DNA of 63,996 nucleotides, the filler included, from Basidiobolus ranarum (lineage: Eukaryota): NCBI GenBank assembly GCA_040143965.1. It is 7 parts of 7 records of this genome, joined end to end, with 100 filler letters (N's around TTAATTAATTAA, not from the genome) between each part and the next. Parts side by side here need not be neighbours in the genome. Positions count along the whole stretch, not along the records: positions 1 to 9,240 come from JASJQH010007729.1; positions 9,341 to 18,568 come from JASJQH010007730.1; 5 more parts are not named here. One strand, 5' to 3'. Under the pieces are notes generated by a model. That model saw nothing but the letters and a program-made list of their open reading frames with translations. It was not told where the DNA came from and ran no database searches. Of the stretch, positions 1 to 13,893 are shown piece after piece; within the stretch, counting starts at the first letter, position 1; each line of letters opens with the position of its first letter. The translations under genes were made by a program, and so were the position numbers.

Positions 1-139
1 TAATAAGACATACTTGTTATATAGATATAGAGATATTCCTATTTAGAATATAGGGGCTATAGATACATTGCTTTCTGTTTCTGATATATGTATCATAGCT
101 AAAGTTAACTAAGATGTTGAATAAAGAATAATTATCCAA

Positions 140-420
140 CAGTTATTCCATACTTCACTAAGATATCACCCTCCCTTTCTCAAGAGGAATTTTCTTTGAA
201 GTTCTCAGATATATAGATTTTTCAAACTTGTTGTAGAGGCCTCAACCTTTGTACGCATGTTTTGGAGACCCTTCTTAGCTCATTCTACATGCTTGTTTGT
301 TTACCTCTCAACACAACTATAGATGTCAACTTTGTACTCAATAAACAATAAGTGAGAAGCAATAATTCTTCTAGTTCAAAACACCACTTCCAACAGACTT
401 CCAAAATACTTCAACAGTAA
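140..420. repeat. Dispersed repeat, family A (probable non-autonomous DNA transposon fragment)
   Basis: The reverse complement of ~141-317 aligns by eye with 55942-56130. 310-420 aligns directly with 46631-46745 and inversely with 58910-59010. CpG-poor. Confidence 0.75.
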
Positions 421-1765
421 GTACAGAGAATTTGACAATTGCCACAGAGATTTATTTGTTACTCTGATACTGTAGATGCTATATAAATCTAATGCCATGA
501 TAATTACACATTGTTAGATTCTTTAATGATCCTGGCTAGAATTTGTTACAGGGAATTGTTATTTAGAAATATTAATTAGCCAGAGTTCATTCATTGACAC
601 TTATTCCACAGTCTATTGTATTCCAATTCTTGCCTTGTCAACAAACTAAACATCTTCTGCCTCCCAATTAATATTAAGGGTGAATGAAGAGTATTGGGGG
701 AATTTGGGCCAATGAATAGCCAAATTCTTTGGTAATGATACTAAATTTCAGAGAAATTATGATTTTTCTACTTTTACATTATAGGAGCCATTTTACTTTG
801 CAGTAAAATTGTTTAGATTGATTTCTTCACATGTCCCTTCAAGGCAATGGGTAGATACATATCTTAGTATCTCTTCTTTGATGATCATGCTATTATGATT
901 TTCAATCAAATCTATGAATATTCCTAGTTGAAGAATGTTAGTGTGTTCTGCTACATACTTAAATAGAAGATTTGAGATCTTAGGATATCCAAAACATACT
1001 GAATTGCATTGCTGACCTCATTGAAGAGTCACTGATACTGTCATGGAAAGGAGTTGGATAGCTAATCAGTACATCTCTAAATTCAAAAAAATACCATAAT
1101 CCTCTATAAAGTACATATATATATCCATGGATAGCTTCCATGTTGACAGATTGCACCTTTCTTGGCTTCAATTACTTGCAGATAAAGAATATAAATAATG
1201 AAAGCTATTTTAATATCCCATCTGGTTTTGGATATATATATCTCTATACTGAACTCTATATATATACCTGCTCAATATGCTCAAGCACTTATATTAGATA
1301 CAATAGTATATCTTTCCAAACTGCTCATTTTGGGCCATCTTAAGTTCCCTGAAAGCCTGGCATAAAATGGTACACTTCACCTTCCACAAAGTCAACATTA
1401 TAGCTAACTAAGGGCTATTCTTGCCACTATGATTGGAACTTTTGACAGGCACAAATACTGTAGAATAATTATAGTTTGCATCAAACTAGTGTATTATTCA
1501 TATTAATAAAACTTTTCAATATGCGATAGCCCCTAGCCTGGTGGTATGGTTCGATTGGTTTGAGTGAAATTATGAAGTTGTGTGTTTTGGACATATTATT
1601 GGTATCAATTTACTGTATCTGACCATAACTATCAATAAGTGTACCTGTACAAAGAATCTAACTTTCTATGCAGGCTATAGATTGGGGGGGGGGTAAGTGA
1701 TAGAGGTATTAGGGTTAGCTAAGCTTCATATCGAATCATCATATTACAAATCTATGTCACGTCTA

Positions 1766-4700
1766 TTAACTATTATCATTAGGACGTATAGATTGTTCGG
1801 TGGTTGTAGGTGGTACAATTGTAGCTAATACGCTTGTTCTGCTCTTCGTAAGTGTGTCAATCAGCGCTGGAAGGTATTGCTCACAGAAAGAAGAGAAATA
1901 AAACTATCCGGAAAAGAGTAACAGTTAGAGGTCATTCAACTATAAGGCAGTATTATTTAACGCAGATCCGTATACAAATCTCACGATACTTACTTCATGC
2001 TGGCTATTATGTTCTCCAACAAAATTATGGGCCAATTCATGAGCCATGGTGAAAAACCAATAAATCATGCCCACTTCTCCTGATCCGAGTTTAGTGTCGA
2101 GTGTTGATTCAGTCTTTGAGTGATTAGAATCATGTCCTAGGGCTACAAAGTATCTCCAATTAAAGAATAACGCCCCACCACGATTAAAAGCAACCGTGGG
2201 CCCTTCTGGGTCGTAAAATACATGCATAGTATCAGGTACAAGTTCGAAAACGTTTGCCAAACTCATTAGAAGTTGGACAAAGCGCGCGAGAGATTTCAAG
2301 TTTTCTTTGGTCATTATCTCGTCCGCGTCACAGCTCTTGTCTAGATACAGCTCCAGTGCACCAGCATGCCCTACAAAGTTTAGTTGATGGCCAGGCTTAG
2401 CGTCGCAGTAGGATTTGGTGACATCCTCTGAAACTTGAGATACTGTGGGTTTCGTATCGATATCGTCCTGCGCGTTTGAGCAGCAGTTCGAAATAGCAGC
2501 CTTCAAACTATTCTGTAAGTTGTTATGGTAATCAGGTGAGAACGATTTGATCGGCTGCGGTATACCACCCTTATCTTCATGTCCAGAACTAGGCGATTCT
2601 GATCCCGAGGGAATCACACCAGACGTGGTTGGCGAAGCATTTTGACTACCTTCAAGACTTGGTCTAGGCGAGTTTGATCTTGAGTCCTTTCCCCAGGCTG
2701 AAAGTGATTTGAGTTTGTTGAATAGAGAGCCTCCATATCCACTGGATAATGCTCCAGATCCAAATACCGAGCTTGGTCTAGATTTATTAGGTGGTTGGGG
2801 AAGTGCATTTGGTTGTGGTTCCGGTAGTTTAGAGATACGATTATTGTTGCTACTACTATTCGGAAATGAGCCTGGTAAAGGTTTCTGAATTTTGGGATAT
2901 CCTGATTCAAGTAATTTTTCAGTTACGCGTTGGACATGATCTTCGGATTCCTCCGATAGTGCATTTGCCAGATAACCTGGCTCACAATCTGGAAAAAGCT
3001 CTTTAAGCTGAGATAAATATTCTTCCGTTTGCTTGGCACTAAGCTTAGAAGCAGCAAGGGCCGCGGCTGCTGCTGCTGCACTTACTTTCTCTGCTGCTTC
3101 GATTCGAGCAATTTCCGCCTTCTTGGCATTCAAAATTCTATCAACCGGGAAGCCTTTTCGCTTCAAGTTAATTAAGCTCGTAGATAGCAGACTCGACCAG
3201 AGAAAAGAATCATTAAGACTCTTCTTTTTTAGGACAAGCTTGGCAAGTGTATCAGCTACGTCAAAAAAGTCGATTTCACCTTGACCCGTAACCAATAAAT
3301 AATAATTCTTTGCATGGTCTTGAACAACACAAGCACTTGTTGCCTCAATATGGGTTTGCTTGGTAGGAATAAATTCTCGGTATAGTTCAATTTCAAGTAC
3401 TTGGCGCACTTTCAAACGAGTAGCTAGCCAGTCTGCATCATGGTATAGGCCACTTTGCTGTATTTGACGCTGATCGCTCAAAAGTAGAGGTGCACGCTCC
3501 ACAATAAGATCCTGAAGTTGCTTTGAGCGGCGTGTTTCAGATAATGAGCCCTTTGGCTTATAGCTCTCTTTAACTTGTTTAGAAATCCAAACACTTCCCA
3601 GTGATTCATAAAACGATTCTAAAAGGTTTTCCATAGGCGCCCCAAGTGGTGTAAATATTTGTTGTAATACAGTGTCGTCAATTAGGTATATTTCTTTAGC
3701 GGTAGCCAGTTTGTAATGAACCACCACATGGTCCAGTCTAGAGCTAGTGCTTTCATCTTTGTTCTCTTGTTCAGAACCATCAACGATATCGCTAATTCTC
3801 TTTTCCCCGAGTAAAAAGGGTGACTTTATCATTTCCTGTACGAGTGCCTTGTGATTTCTAATGACATGCATGTGCGATGCAATCTGACGAAGAACAGCTT
3901 TGTATTTTTCGGCACCACCGTTACGGTTCAAAAACTGATGTGGTGAACGTACAACGAGCTGTGCTAGTTCGACAGGGGATGGCTCCTCCTTAACGCCACA
4001 AGAAGCTAAAAAGATATTGGCTGTCTTGCCAAAGTCAATCACAGTCAAAAGATCAGGATGGAATCCGGAATCTTTCTTGTCAAAATAGCAGCTTCGAGGA
4101 TCAGCTAGTTTTCCATTATCGTCTAGTGGAATGAATTCTAAATTTCGAAGGGTGGACCAATGTGAATGGCTGAAATCCGCTTGGAATCTTGCTAAATACT
4201 CAAACACCGCTTTCCCTTTTTCTTTCGTCTTTGGCGGGTCTGTTTCAAGACGTTTCAACAGTTGTGCTGGGTATGGATATTCCCGTACTCCAAGAAGATC
4301 AGCTTGCGCGGTTAGATCGCCATGAAGAACTGGGAAATTCATAACGCTATTCAAAGGATTCGAGAAACATCCCTAGATTGGCACCACATAAATGTATAAT
4401 AAAGTTTAATATTTAGGTTATACTGTACCACCAAATGATAGTTTTATATACCGAAGGTGTTTCCATTGTTCCTTGCGTTGTAGGCAAGAATGGCACTGTA
4501 ATTTGGCCTGGAGAGTATTTGGAAACGTAAATTGACTTGAAATTTTCGATGAGGTAATGAAGCGCTTTGGTTCTAATGGCCTTCTCAGTTGGAGGTGCAG
4601 CCAAGGCTAGAATAGTTGCTAGTGGAGGATGTGTCATAAGCCCCAAAATGTGAAGAAACTTTGCTTCGTCTGAAGTGGGTCTCCATCGGCCCTAAGTGAG

Positions 4701-7700
4701 ATCCAATACAAGTTTATAAGTACATGATGCAATTGTAAAATATCTCCCTTAAAGTTAATAATAATGGTCAGATTAACTCACCTTCCATTCAATAATAGGC
4801 AAACCAAGGCTCGCAAGACGCTCGTTTGGTGCGTAAAGTGCGCTTGCTGGGTATCTTTGAATTGGCGTAGGCGTTGTAGTGGCTGTATCGTTTCCATTAT
4901 CTTGAACTGTAGTCCCAGGGGGGCTCTTGCTGGAACCTTCTTTGGGGAGTATAGAGGTTGCCTTAAGGCGCTGGATTTCTTGTGGAGTAAGTGTATCCTG
5001 GACAGAGGTGAGATATTTAACCAGCTGTAAATGATCCCAACTTCCAGCATGTACCAAGCGATCAAAGACGAGTTGAAGGTCGACGCTCTAGGATATGAAA
5101 ATAAATGAGTTAACCAGGCATTATAAGTCGGTTCAAAGCAGATCATCAGTCTCATCTTCACTTCTTGCTTCATTACCTTTCGGACACCCATAAGCTGTAG
5201 TAATTTTTCCAATGGCTGTTTGGTGAAGACTATGATAGGCAAGTCGGGGAAAAGAGTTACATTCTTAAAATAAGCCTCGGTTGGCAATTTCATGCCATGC
5301 TTTGTTGGTATACATTTTCTTTGAGCTAGCAGGGCTACAATGGCATTTTGAGATTCAACTGAAATTGTTGTCCAGCCTCGGGATACAACGCCCAACACCT
5401 TTTCAGAAAAATTGGGTGACTGTTCAAGGTCGGGAAGATTTGCAATGAACTTTATCCATTCCAGAAGACTCAGTTCCGTCCATAATCTGAAATCATAAAT
5501 GGTCATTAGTACACGAAATAAAATTGCGACATGTTCTATGTTAGGCTTACCGGAACATGCTTGAGAGATCAGCAAGCGAGAATGATTTGGATATTGAATA
5601 CGGGAGAGTTTCGTTTGGAACCGCAATATCCGTTGGGATTATTTTTGGATTAAGAAGCCACCTTAAAGAAGCAAGTGGAGTGACTCTATCGCTTGAGGTC
5701 ACCAACGCTTGTCGAAATAGTTCGTCTTCTGATACTGCATTGCTCATTCGATATTTTAGCCACCATCTAAGCATCGCGACCATTTGATCTTCAGTTAATG
5801 GCCTCTGTTCCAACTCATGAAGTACATCCTTATATGATATTTGAGTGATCTGCCCGTTCTCTTCCAGTTTTTTCATGAATTTCTTATGGTTCTCATAAAT
5901 GCTGACGGAGATAATAGGGTAGAGCGTTAAGAACTGTGTCATTATAGGGTCTGGTATGCGCACTTTATCCAAGGTCTTGACGCCATGAGACGAGAGTATG
6001 GAAAGTGGTTGAGTTGACATCCTAAAGAAATATCCATCAATATAACGTCCAACATGAGGACTTGGCGTGCTGGGATGAAACTGGAATGCTTGGAGAACGT
6101 GATTTGCTCTGTTCTCTAGCCAAGTTCTTGCTGTTAAAGTGGCTTCATCTTCAATGCTTCCTGGTTGGGCATGTCCTAGAACAAGTTCTGTGTACATTTT
6201 GCTTATGTTCGACATTTCGTCTACATGTATTTATAAAATGAGTTAACAACATATACGGAGCGATCCTAGCGCCATCACAAACTGGCTATATGTTACCTTC
6301 ATAGAGAATTCTAGAAAGCAATCCCGCCATAGATAGTAGCTCATGATTCCACCGTTGAAGGCATTTATCAACAAAATCTAAGCTTTCACGCTCTACAGTT
6401 GGTATGAAACGACCTGCTACGTGACTGCAAAACCCAGTTGTTTGATGTGTTGGGAATCCAATAAATACCCTCCCTTGCTCAGGAAATGGAACAAGATCTT
6501 TGAAAATCTCCTTCTTATCAGCTGTAGCTGTCTTGTCATCAAAATTAGAATAAAGAATTTGAATTTTTGTCTGACTTGGAGGGTATTTCTTTGTTGTGCG
6601 TTCCATTTCAGTAGCCTGCTGCTTTGTGACTTTGACGTCGAGGTGACCAGACGCAGTTCGTAAAAATATGCTAGATGTTGATGTTGTAACTTCTCCTTTC
6701 CATCTGGATATATCCATCATGGTAGCATCCAGCTGTATACTCTGCAAATCAACAGATTTGAGAGTAAATATTTTCTGGGGAGAGGCCGTATACATGGTTT
6801 TTGGTAGAATCAGGGGTTGTGGATCGGTCATTTTCTTGGAGAGATGGAGAAGGCGATGTTGATTCAAAAATACTGAAATATCTTTAAGATTTACGGTAAA
6901 CCCTATAGATCTTGCTAAGAAGGGCCGAAAATCGTCCATATTAGGCATCTCCATGGGTTCACGAAGGTCCAAAACAAAGGTGGTCCAAGGATCCGATGAT
7001 CCTTCCTCTCTAGGTCCACGCTTAGCATACAGTTGATCATTTCTCCAGTAAAATGCCATGCATTCACTTCCAGATGAAACACTAATGTCGAAAATATAAC
7101 GTTAGAATCCATAAAGTATATATCATCAACCACACATAGACTCACAATGGATCTTCGCAAATGGAGAATAGTGAGTACTATTGTATTAAAGACAACAAGT
7201 TGTTAACGCCCACTTTTAAGCTTAGGAACCAATAACCTTAATCTATTACTTACAAATCCCACTCCAAAAGCGCCGATCTAGAAATCATAGATGAAGATTC
7301 AATACAAACTTCATGAACTATATATACATTAACAGAAGAAGTAGCCAACAAACATACCTTTGACTCATCTGGATTTCCTTCAGCGATTTTTTTCAGACGA
7401 TTCCAGTCCTCCGCTCGAAAATACATACCATTATTCTTAAACTCCACTCGACGCAGTTTGGCTTTCAAGTTGGGAACTGTGCTCGCACTTTCAGGTGCAG
7501 TAGTATGAAAGTGAATTTCTATTCCTTTCGCTCCAGCATCGTCTATAATCATAGAGTGATAATACATTAATATATATGTCTTGAGAACACAGTAAACTCT
7601 CTAAGCTAATGAGTCATGACATAAGTACCCGAATTTTGCATTAGCTCACGATAAACAACATACTCGGCAGAATAGCTAAAGATAAAATGCAAAAAGCATC

Positions 7701-7958
7701 CTCAGTAAGTGAATTGCCATATAACCGAACGAATGCCAGGTGTTTTTATCTATTATAATTACTACTTACCGAGCGAGAATCTTATCTATGAGATGGCGCT
7801 GATTGACTAGAGAGTGGAGAGTAGAAATCAAGGTAAAAGATTTAGAATAATCGCTCAGTAGTACTTCTACAAATACATCATTGAGGGGTACCTTCGACTC
7901 GTTCTTCAGCACCTGTAGTAGTAAGGATTTGTGCACGGAGAGCATCTAAACCTGACAT
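1766..7958 (-). CDS. Multi-exon sacsin-like GHKL-ATPase / DUF3684-family protein with a CUE-like domain and a C-terminal HExxH motif
   Basis: ATG at 7958 (MSGLDALRAQILTT). Spliced exons give VNQRHLIDKILARYS..RELMQNSDDAGA (GHKL N-box), NNG..F..EDWNRLKKIAEGNPDESK, GRVFIGFPTHQTTG, FIPTVERESLDF, LKELFPDCEPGYL (CUE-like) and HELAHN. A last exon after a GT-AG intron reads FYFSSFCEQY...DNS*, stop at 1766. Confidence 0.85.
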
Positions 7959-8688
7959 TTCTGACGTGAAATTAGGAATGGACCGTTTGGAATTGTATAA
8001 TGAAAGTCAATTAAGTGAATTAATGGGAGTAACGAATAAGGTAACGAATGAGGAATATTGACTAAAAATGTCAAGTTTAAGTACTTGTGAAATTAGATAA
8101 ATGAGTTTGTAATAAGGTAAATGATTATATTCAATATGTATATAAGCAAAATTCAATATGCTGCGTAATATTGCTGTTAACTATCTGAGACCTGTTGATT
8201 AATAGGATTTCACATTGGGTACCCCCTATCAACTTTTTATTTTTACATAATGCCCATGCTTACGGATGGACATTGAGATGCACATCTAGAGCAAGATCAA
8301 AGCTATGTTTAGGCCAAGATACTGGGTAAATCACCTGCGGAATTGATGTAGTTATTATGTTGATGTTGGTCTTAGTGCTTGATATTGATGATTGATGGGT
8401 GAATGGTCAGTGAGAAGATTTGATTTGTATATTCCAAACAAATAAAGCCCTTGTCTTATGGCCAAATAGTAAAGAAATAAATGCCCAAATGTAATACTGG
8501 ATTAGAGAGAAGAAAAGAACCATAAGGTGTTTTATTTATATTATATGCAGTTGCTAGCTAGCTAACATTTGGCATCTTTTGGAGTTTTTTGAGTGCGCAA
8601 AGAATCATTGCAAAGTACAGACAAAATCCTAAAATAGGCCTACTCAGCATAAAATCGCATTACTGAGTTTGTAATAATGGGGATCAGG

Positions 8689-9240
8689 TTAGGGGGGGAT
8701 GAAAAGCACCATATGGTGTGGACTTTATTTTGCTTAAATACTAATCTAAACAAAGTGACAATTAAGACATTAATCTTTTAAGATATTGTGACAATACTGG
8801 ATCATATCCATACTTAACTTGATGACCAATGTGATCAAGTTCAAAGGATGTAAATATAGTATTGAGGGGCAGGTGTGGTAAGCAGAAAGGAAGGTACTCA
8901 GTACAAACTAAATGGAAAATAGGACAAAAATCTGGAATAATAGGAACCAAGAAAGGTGTCTTAGAGGCAAGGTATTGCTTCCAAAGATCTAGCTGGAAGT
9001 CTATAGCAACAATTTTAGGCAGTTTTGTTTCATGCTGCTGTAAAGCTAACTCAGAAACAAGAGGATCAGCTTGTATCAATTTCCAGCATGATAGTGCATT
9101 TGAAGATGGTGTGGCTAGCCACTTCTTAATCAGTGGAATTCTGCAGTCATTTAGTTAGAGTAGAAATCTTGCCCTGAGTAAAACTACTCTAATATGATAT
9201 GGGAAGAATCCAAAATTTCAATTCAGAGCATGATCATAGG
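8689..9240 (-). mobile_element. Decayed transposable element end; possibly the 3' end of a non-LTR ORF2, truncated by the linker
   Basis: CpG-free block. The minus strand has a degenerate knuckle-like EVASHTIFKC upstream of ORF 8762..9079. The terminal motif TTAG(6-7)ATGAnAAnCACC-N4-GGTGT is shared with 27785-27814. Confidence 0.45.
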
Positions 9241-9340
9241 NNNNNNNNNNNNNNNNNNNNNNNNNNNNNNNNNNNNNNNNNNNNTTAATTAATTAANNNN
9301 NNNNNNNNNNNNNNNNNNNNNNNNNNNNNNNNNNNNNNNN
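9241..9340. other. Artificial contig linker (N44-TTAATTAATTAA-N44)
   Basis: Exact 100-bp spacer with stops in all six frames. Identical spacers at 18569-18668, 27894-27993, 37213-37312, 46531-46630 and 55842-55941. Confidence 0.98.
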
Positions 9341-10208
9341 AGGGTGAAGTGCCAATTTAAGAGGATTCACCGCCTGGAGAAGAATCCCATTGGATTGTCG
9401 GTGGTGTAAATTGAGTTAATTGCCATTGCAGTGCCATATTTTGCCGAGTGCACTAATTAAATTCAGTCCCCTACTGGAGCTTATTTGTCATCCCAACAAA
9501 TAGATGGCTACATAGAGACAACTGCTATATTTGGTTAGAATCAAGGTCTAAACCAGAATGATGGTGTACCTCCAAATAATGCATTGAATGATGGCTCCTT
9601 CTTCCGCTTAATTAAAGTTTCAAGCTTTGCAGCCTGTCCTCCATGTTTCTTATTTCTAGGTTTCTATGTCACCTGGCCCGAATTGTTTGATTTTCATTCT
9701 CGGTTGAACTCTTCACACATCTCTCCAGCCCTTTCATATCACTTTTATTGTAAAATGAGCTCATTGTTAATCCCAGCCTCAAGGGTATTTTCGAGGAACG
9801 TTGATTCATTTTTCAAATCGATCTCTTAACTAAACTGCTTGCCAATAGGAGACCGTTCCTGGCTAATTGTGTTTGCTTAGAATTCATATCTATTCATCTT
9901 AGAGTACCTGTATTTCTATTCCAAGGTTTTTGTATGCGCTTCCACTATCTTGTCCATAGAATCAGAGTTGATCTTATAATTCGATCATATTAAGAGTTAT
10001 TAATGTCGGACTAGAGGGATATCTTATGAATTTCCTTCTTGGTATCTCATCTTGACTTTTCCCATTCATTTCTGCTCTATATCCATACTCTTAGGTATTG
10101 CTTCAATATATGTACTCTGCCAGTTTACTGTAAACTAGTCTAGAGCACTCTTTCTACTATTCACACACACGTTACTTCTCAGTCCGTCAAATCCGCATCT
10201 CTTATTTC

Positions 10209-13200
10209 ATGGGTTCTGTCGAGCCTCATATCTGCTCAGGCACCGTCAATACAAACTCAAATAGAGGTATTCCATCTTCTAAAAGTGTTACTAACACGTG
10301 TCAATGTTGCTCATTCTATTACATTTTTCGTTTTCTCAGTAAAGCTGGTTCAAATATCCATTAAAAGCTACCTGGAAACACCTTATGTTATCTTAAAAAA
10401 CCACGAAAATCGCTTATATGCCCAAAATTGTGGGACAGACTTGTTGGAATTTATACAGGATCCAGTAGCCCCCGATAAGGCGTTACTTAAGTTGCCATGT
10501 AGCGAAGGGCCGGTTTCATTTGGCTTTAACCTCGAGGTTACTCTACCCAACTTTAAAGTATTAGCTTTAATTCAGTGTCCAAAAGCTACTGATGCTCTTA
10601 AACTATTGGCGAGTGTTGAACCAAAAAGCGATAAGGTAATTAACTACTAAATGTACTCATGCTAAAAACCATCGGGCGCCTACTAACAAGTAACGACTTT
10701 AGATATATGACCATCGGGATATATTCATAGTTGATACCTTGCCTATTAATGACGCGGCTACTTTCAATTGGACTTGGAAGTGGAGTCGCTCGTGCCATTA
10801 CGAGACAAATAGCAAAGGTTATCGAGCAAACTTCATGGTACGTGTAATATATCCGCGGTTCTTTTGTCAAGAGCATGAATTCTCCTTTGAGATGATTCCT
10901 CAACATGAACTTATTTACTAAATATCATTTTTATGTAGTTTGTCATCTTCGATATCAGCACTAATACATATGACGAGCAGTTTCATTTTGATTTATGGAT
11001 GTCTAATGATGATCTTGCGCCAGATAACAATTCCTTCCGGCTTAAACGCATCGATTCTTCTGAATCCAATTATTCTTCAAGAACCCATATCTCAAGTTGT
11101 ACCGGAGAAACTGGCTCGGACAAGCATAAGTCTGATAGACTATCTCCACTAACCTCGAAAGTTGACCCCTTTCAATGGGACTCAAGAATGTCACCTTCCG
11201 AAGAAATTGATTCCCTTTTATTGGAGAAAGAGCTTCCGCAGCCCAACTCACCGGAAATCCCGATTGATAAGGAAGAGGACGGGGTCTCACCATCTAAGGT
11301 GACTTCAACCCACAAACGAACTCAATCGGAGCCTTTCAATATTGATATTGTAGATTCTCCTCTATTTAGATACAAAATTCAACAATCGGAAAAAAAGGTA
11401 GCTACCTTCAAGCATGAAATTAAGAAATTACTGAAAGCCATCACCACCTACGACGAGATTTGTCAACAGGAGATTCGAGTCAGCAATAGTTTGTTTAGCA
11501 AGATCAAATCCGTCAAGTCACTAGAACCAATTCTCAAATTTGTCGATGCAGTTTTCTGTCAAATATCCAAGGATCGTGAGATTTTGCAGAAACAGATGCG
11601 CACAATGATCTTCTATCCCTTGCAACGTATCTATGAGAAAGACATCAAAACTGTGGACCACAAAACGAGAGAGTTCATGCGTGAGGCAGATGAATTCTAT
11701 CATACAGAAGCCAAGCATCTTTCGATCAAGAACGATCGAGAGAGGTCACAAAAGCATGTGAGCTCTGATCAAAGGTACGAAAGCCGACGCCAAATTTTTT
11801 GCCAGAAAATACTTGAATTCTATACGTATATTCATGAGCTTACCGAAGGACCCAAAGAAGAAGAGCTCATGCTATGTTTTACAAACTTTGGACAGAAGTG
11901 TTTTGAACACATTCGCAAGGCCAATTATATTGCAAATGAGTATGATGATGAGCTGAATGAAATTAAGAACTATATGGATAATTTATCAAAAACTGCTGGC
12001 GAACAAAGAAGATTGATGGAGGAGAAGAGAAAACAACTAGGAAAATTAATTGCAGAAGCCAAAATCTCCGAGAGTTCTGATCGCTCTAGTAAATCTGAAA
12101 GTAGCCGCAACTTAGTCTCACTAGTTCGCTCCAAATCCTCCGCTTTTCGTGACAAACTCCCGAGTCGTATTGGAGGCATTCGAGACTTGGGCTCATTTAA
12201 TATAGAACAAGCTTCATCTGCCGGGCGGCACAAAGAAGGTGTGTTGTATTCCCCTAACCGGCAAAGAACCCCTAATTTGGAAAGTTCGTGGCAGAGTAAT
12301 TGGTGTGTCATATCTAAAGGACAATTCTCAGAAATTGTGAACTGGAAGAAAAAACCTGATGCTCATAAGGCATCCATAAGTTTAAAAATCGCCTCGGTCA
12401 GACAATTCCCAGATGCTGAAAGAAGATTCTGTTTTGAATTGGTCACACTAAAGGGACGTAGAATTTATCAAGCTCTTTCTTACGAAGATATGACAGATTG
12501 GATTAATGTACTAAAGAATGCTATCGAATCGCAACTAAATGGAACTGGCTCATCACCAGATTTGAGAACACTTGCCAACTCGGATGAGAATAACTCTTGC
12601 AAGAGACACGAGGACCTTACAGATGAACACAAAGAGTCCAGCTTGATATCCCTTTTTAAATCCGATCCAACTAACCATTACTGTGCTGACTGCGGCTCTA
12701 AAAACCCTGAATGGTGTTCTATAAACCTTGGAATTTTACTGTGCATCGGTAAGTTCTATTTTCAGTGTTTATTTTGGAATTTTGGTACTAATTATGCTTG
12801 TTTTTGTTCATACTATTCAGAGTGTTCTGGCGTTCATCGTAGTTTAGGAACTCATATCTCCAAAATTCGCTCACTGACACTAGACAATTCTTTCACACCA
12901 GATCTTATTGAGATGGTGAAGAGTCTAGGAAATGGGCTTTCAAATTCTATCTGGGAGGCCACACTTACCGAGGATTCTATGCATGAGCTAAGTAGAAGGA
13001 AGCCGATCAGCAGCGATAGTAGAGATTTCAAAGCTGCTTTTATCAAAGCTAAGTACGTAGAACGGAGATTTTTAGACTATTCGATTGTATTCGCGAACCC
13101 ATGTCCATTGCAGCCAGGAGAAGACGCACTTAAAATACATGCGACAGAACTTCTATTCAAAGCCATCGAAACTAATGACATTCAAGGGGTAGTTCGAGGA

Positions 13201-13893
13201 TTTGCCCTTGGTGCAGATGTTAACCATCGTAAATCGGGTGCTTGCCCAGAGTCAGCAATCCGAACAACATATGCAGCCCTCTTGGAAACTCCCATTGAGG
13301 ATGAAGGCGTTACTCCACTACAATTTGCTATATTCCTACCATCAAGCCATTTACCTACGGCAACGAACCAACCTCTACGTACTTTTCAATATCGAAGTGA
13401 GGCACTAGTATCCCCCAAAGTAGAGACAATTGACGAAAAAGAGACCTCATCCTCAGATGGTTCACCTCCAGAGATGAATAGTTTGATCTTCCCTATTCCA
13501 GAGTTTTTGATACAGAATGGCGCTGAGATCAACCAAACGGCCCCACAAAGTGGCTTTACACTCTTACACATTGCTACGATCAAGGGAAATCCTGAGGTGG
13601 TCAAGTATTTGCTGTCGAAAGGTAGCGATCCCAAAATCCAAGACCATTACGGAAAAACTGCTTACGTTTGGGCGATCCTAACTGGTGATATGTGTGGCCA
13701 GTTATTACGTGATGCTTTAGCTAGTCAAAATCAATTAAATTCTCATGCCATGGCTGCCTCCAAACAAGCACACCATAATGCTACTCCATCAAGACATTCA
13801 ATTCAGTTTCAAAGCCAGGCCAAAGTCGAGAACAATTCGACCTCACCATCCAGTAAACTGGAAACAATGGGAGTTGCACGATTATTCAAGTAA
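10209..13893 (+). CDS. ArfGAP with BAR, PH, ArfGAP zinc finger and ankyrin repeats (ACAP/centaurin-beta-like)
   Basis: Helical BAR-like region; PH domain (HKEGVL..ERRFCFELVT..YQA..DWINVL); CADCGSKNPEWCSINLGILLCI/ECSGVHRSLG after removing intron 12749-12820; ankyrin GFTLLHIA..LLSKGSDP. Upstream exons from ATG 10209 via GT-AG introns (EFIQDP, FNWTWKW). Confidence 0.9.

Noticed and set aside
1150..1300. Minus-strand AGIY...YISKTR resembling a GIY-YIG nuclease
   Set aside because: Arises from TA-rich low-complexity sequence; no downstream conserved Arg/Glu pattern is supportable.
1709..1718. TTAGGGTTAG here and TAACCCTAAC at 62239-62248 as telomere seeds or templates
   Set aside because: 10-mers expected by chance; no tandem array or supporting structure.
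9285..9296. TTAATTAATTAA palindrome recurring about every 9.3 kb, as a biological periodic repeat
   Set aside because: Always centred in 88 Ns; it is an assembly linker.
9445..9476. Tc1-like TIR (minus strand CAGTAGGGGACTGAATTTAATTAGTGCAC)
   Set aside because: No TA target site at the end, and the partner end is not visible.
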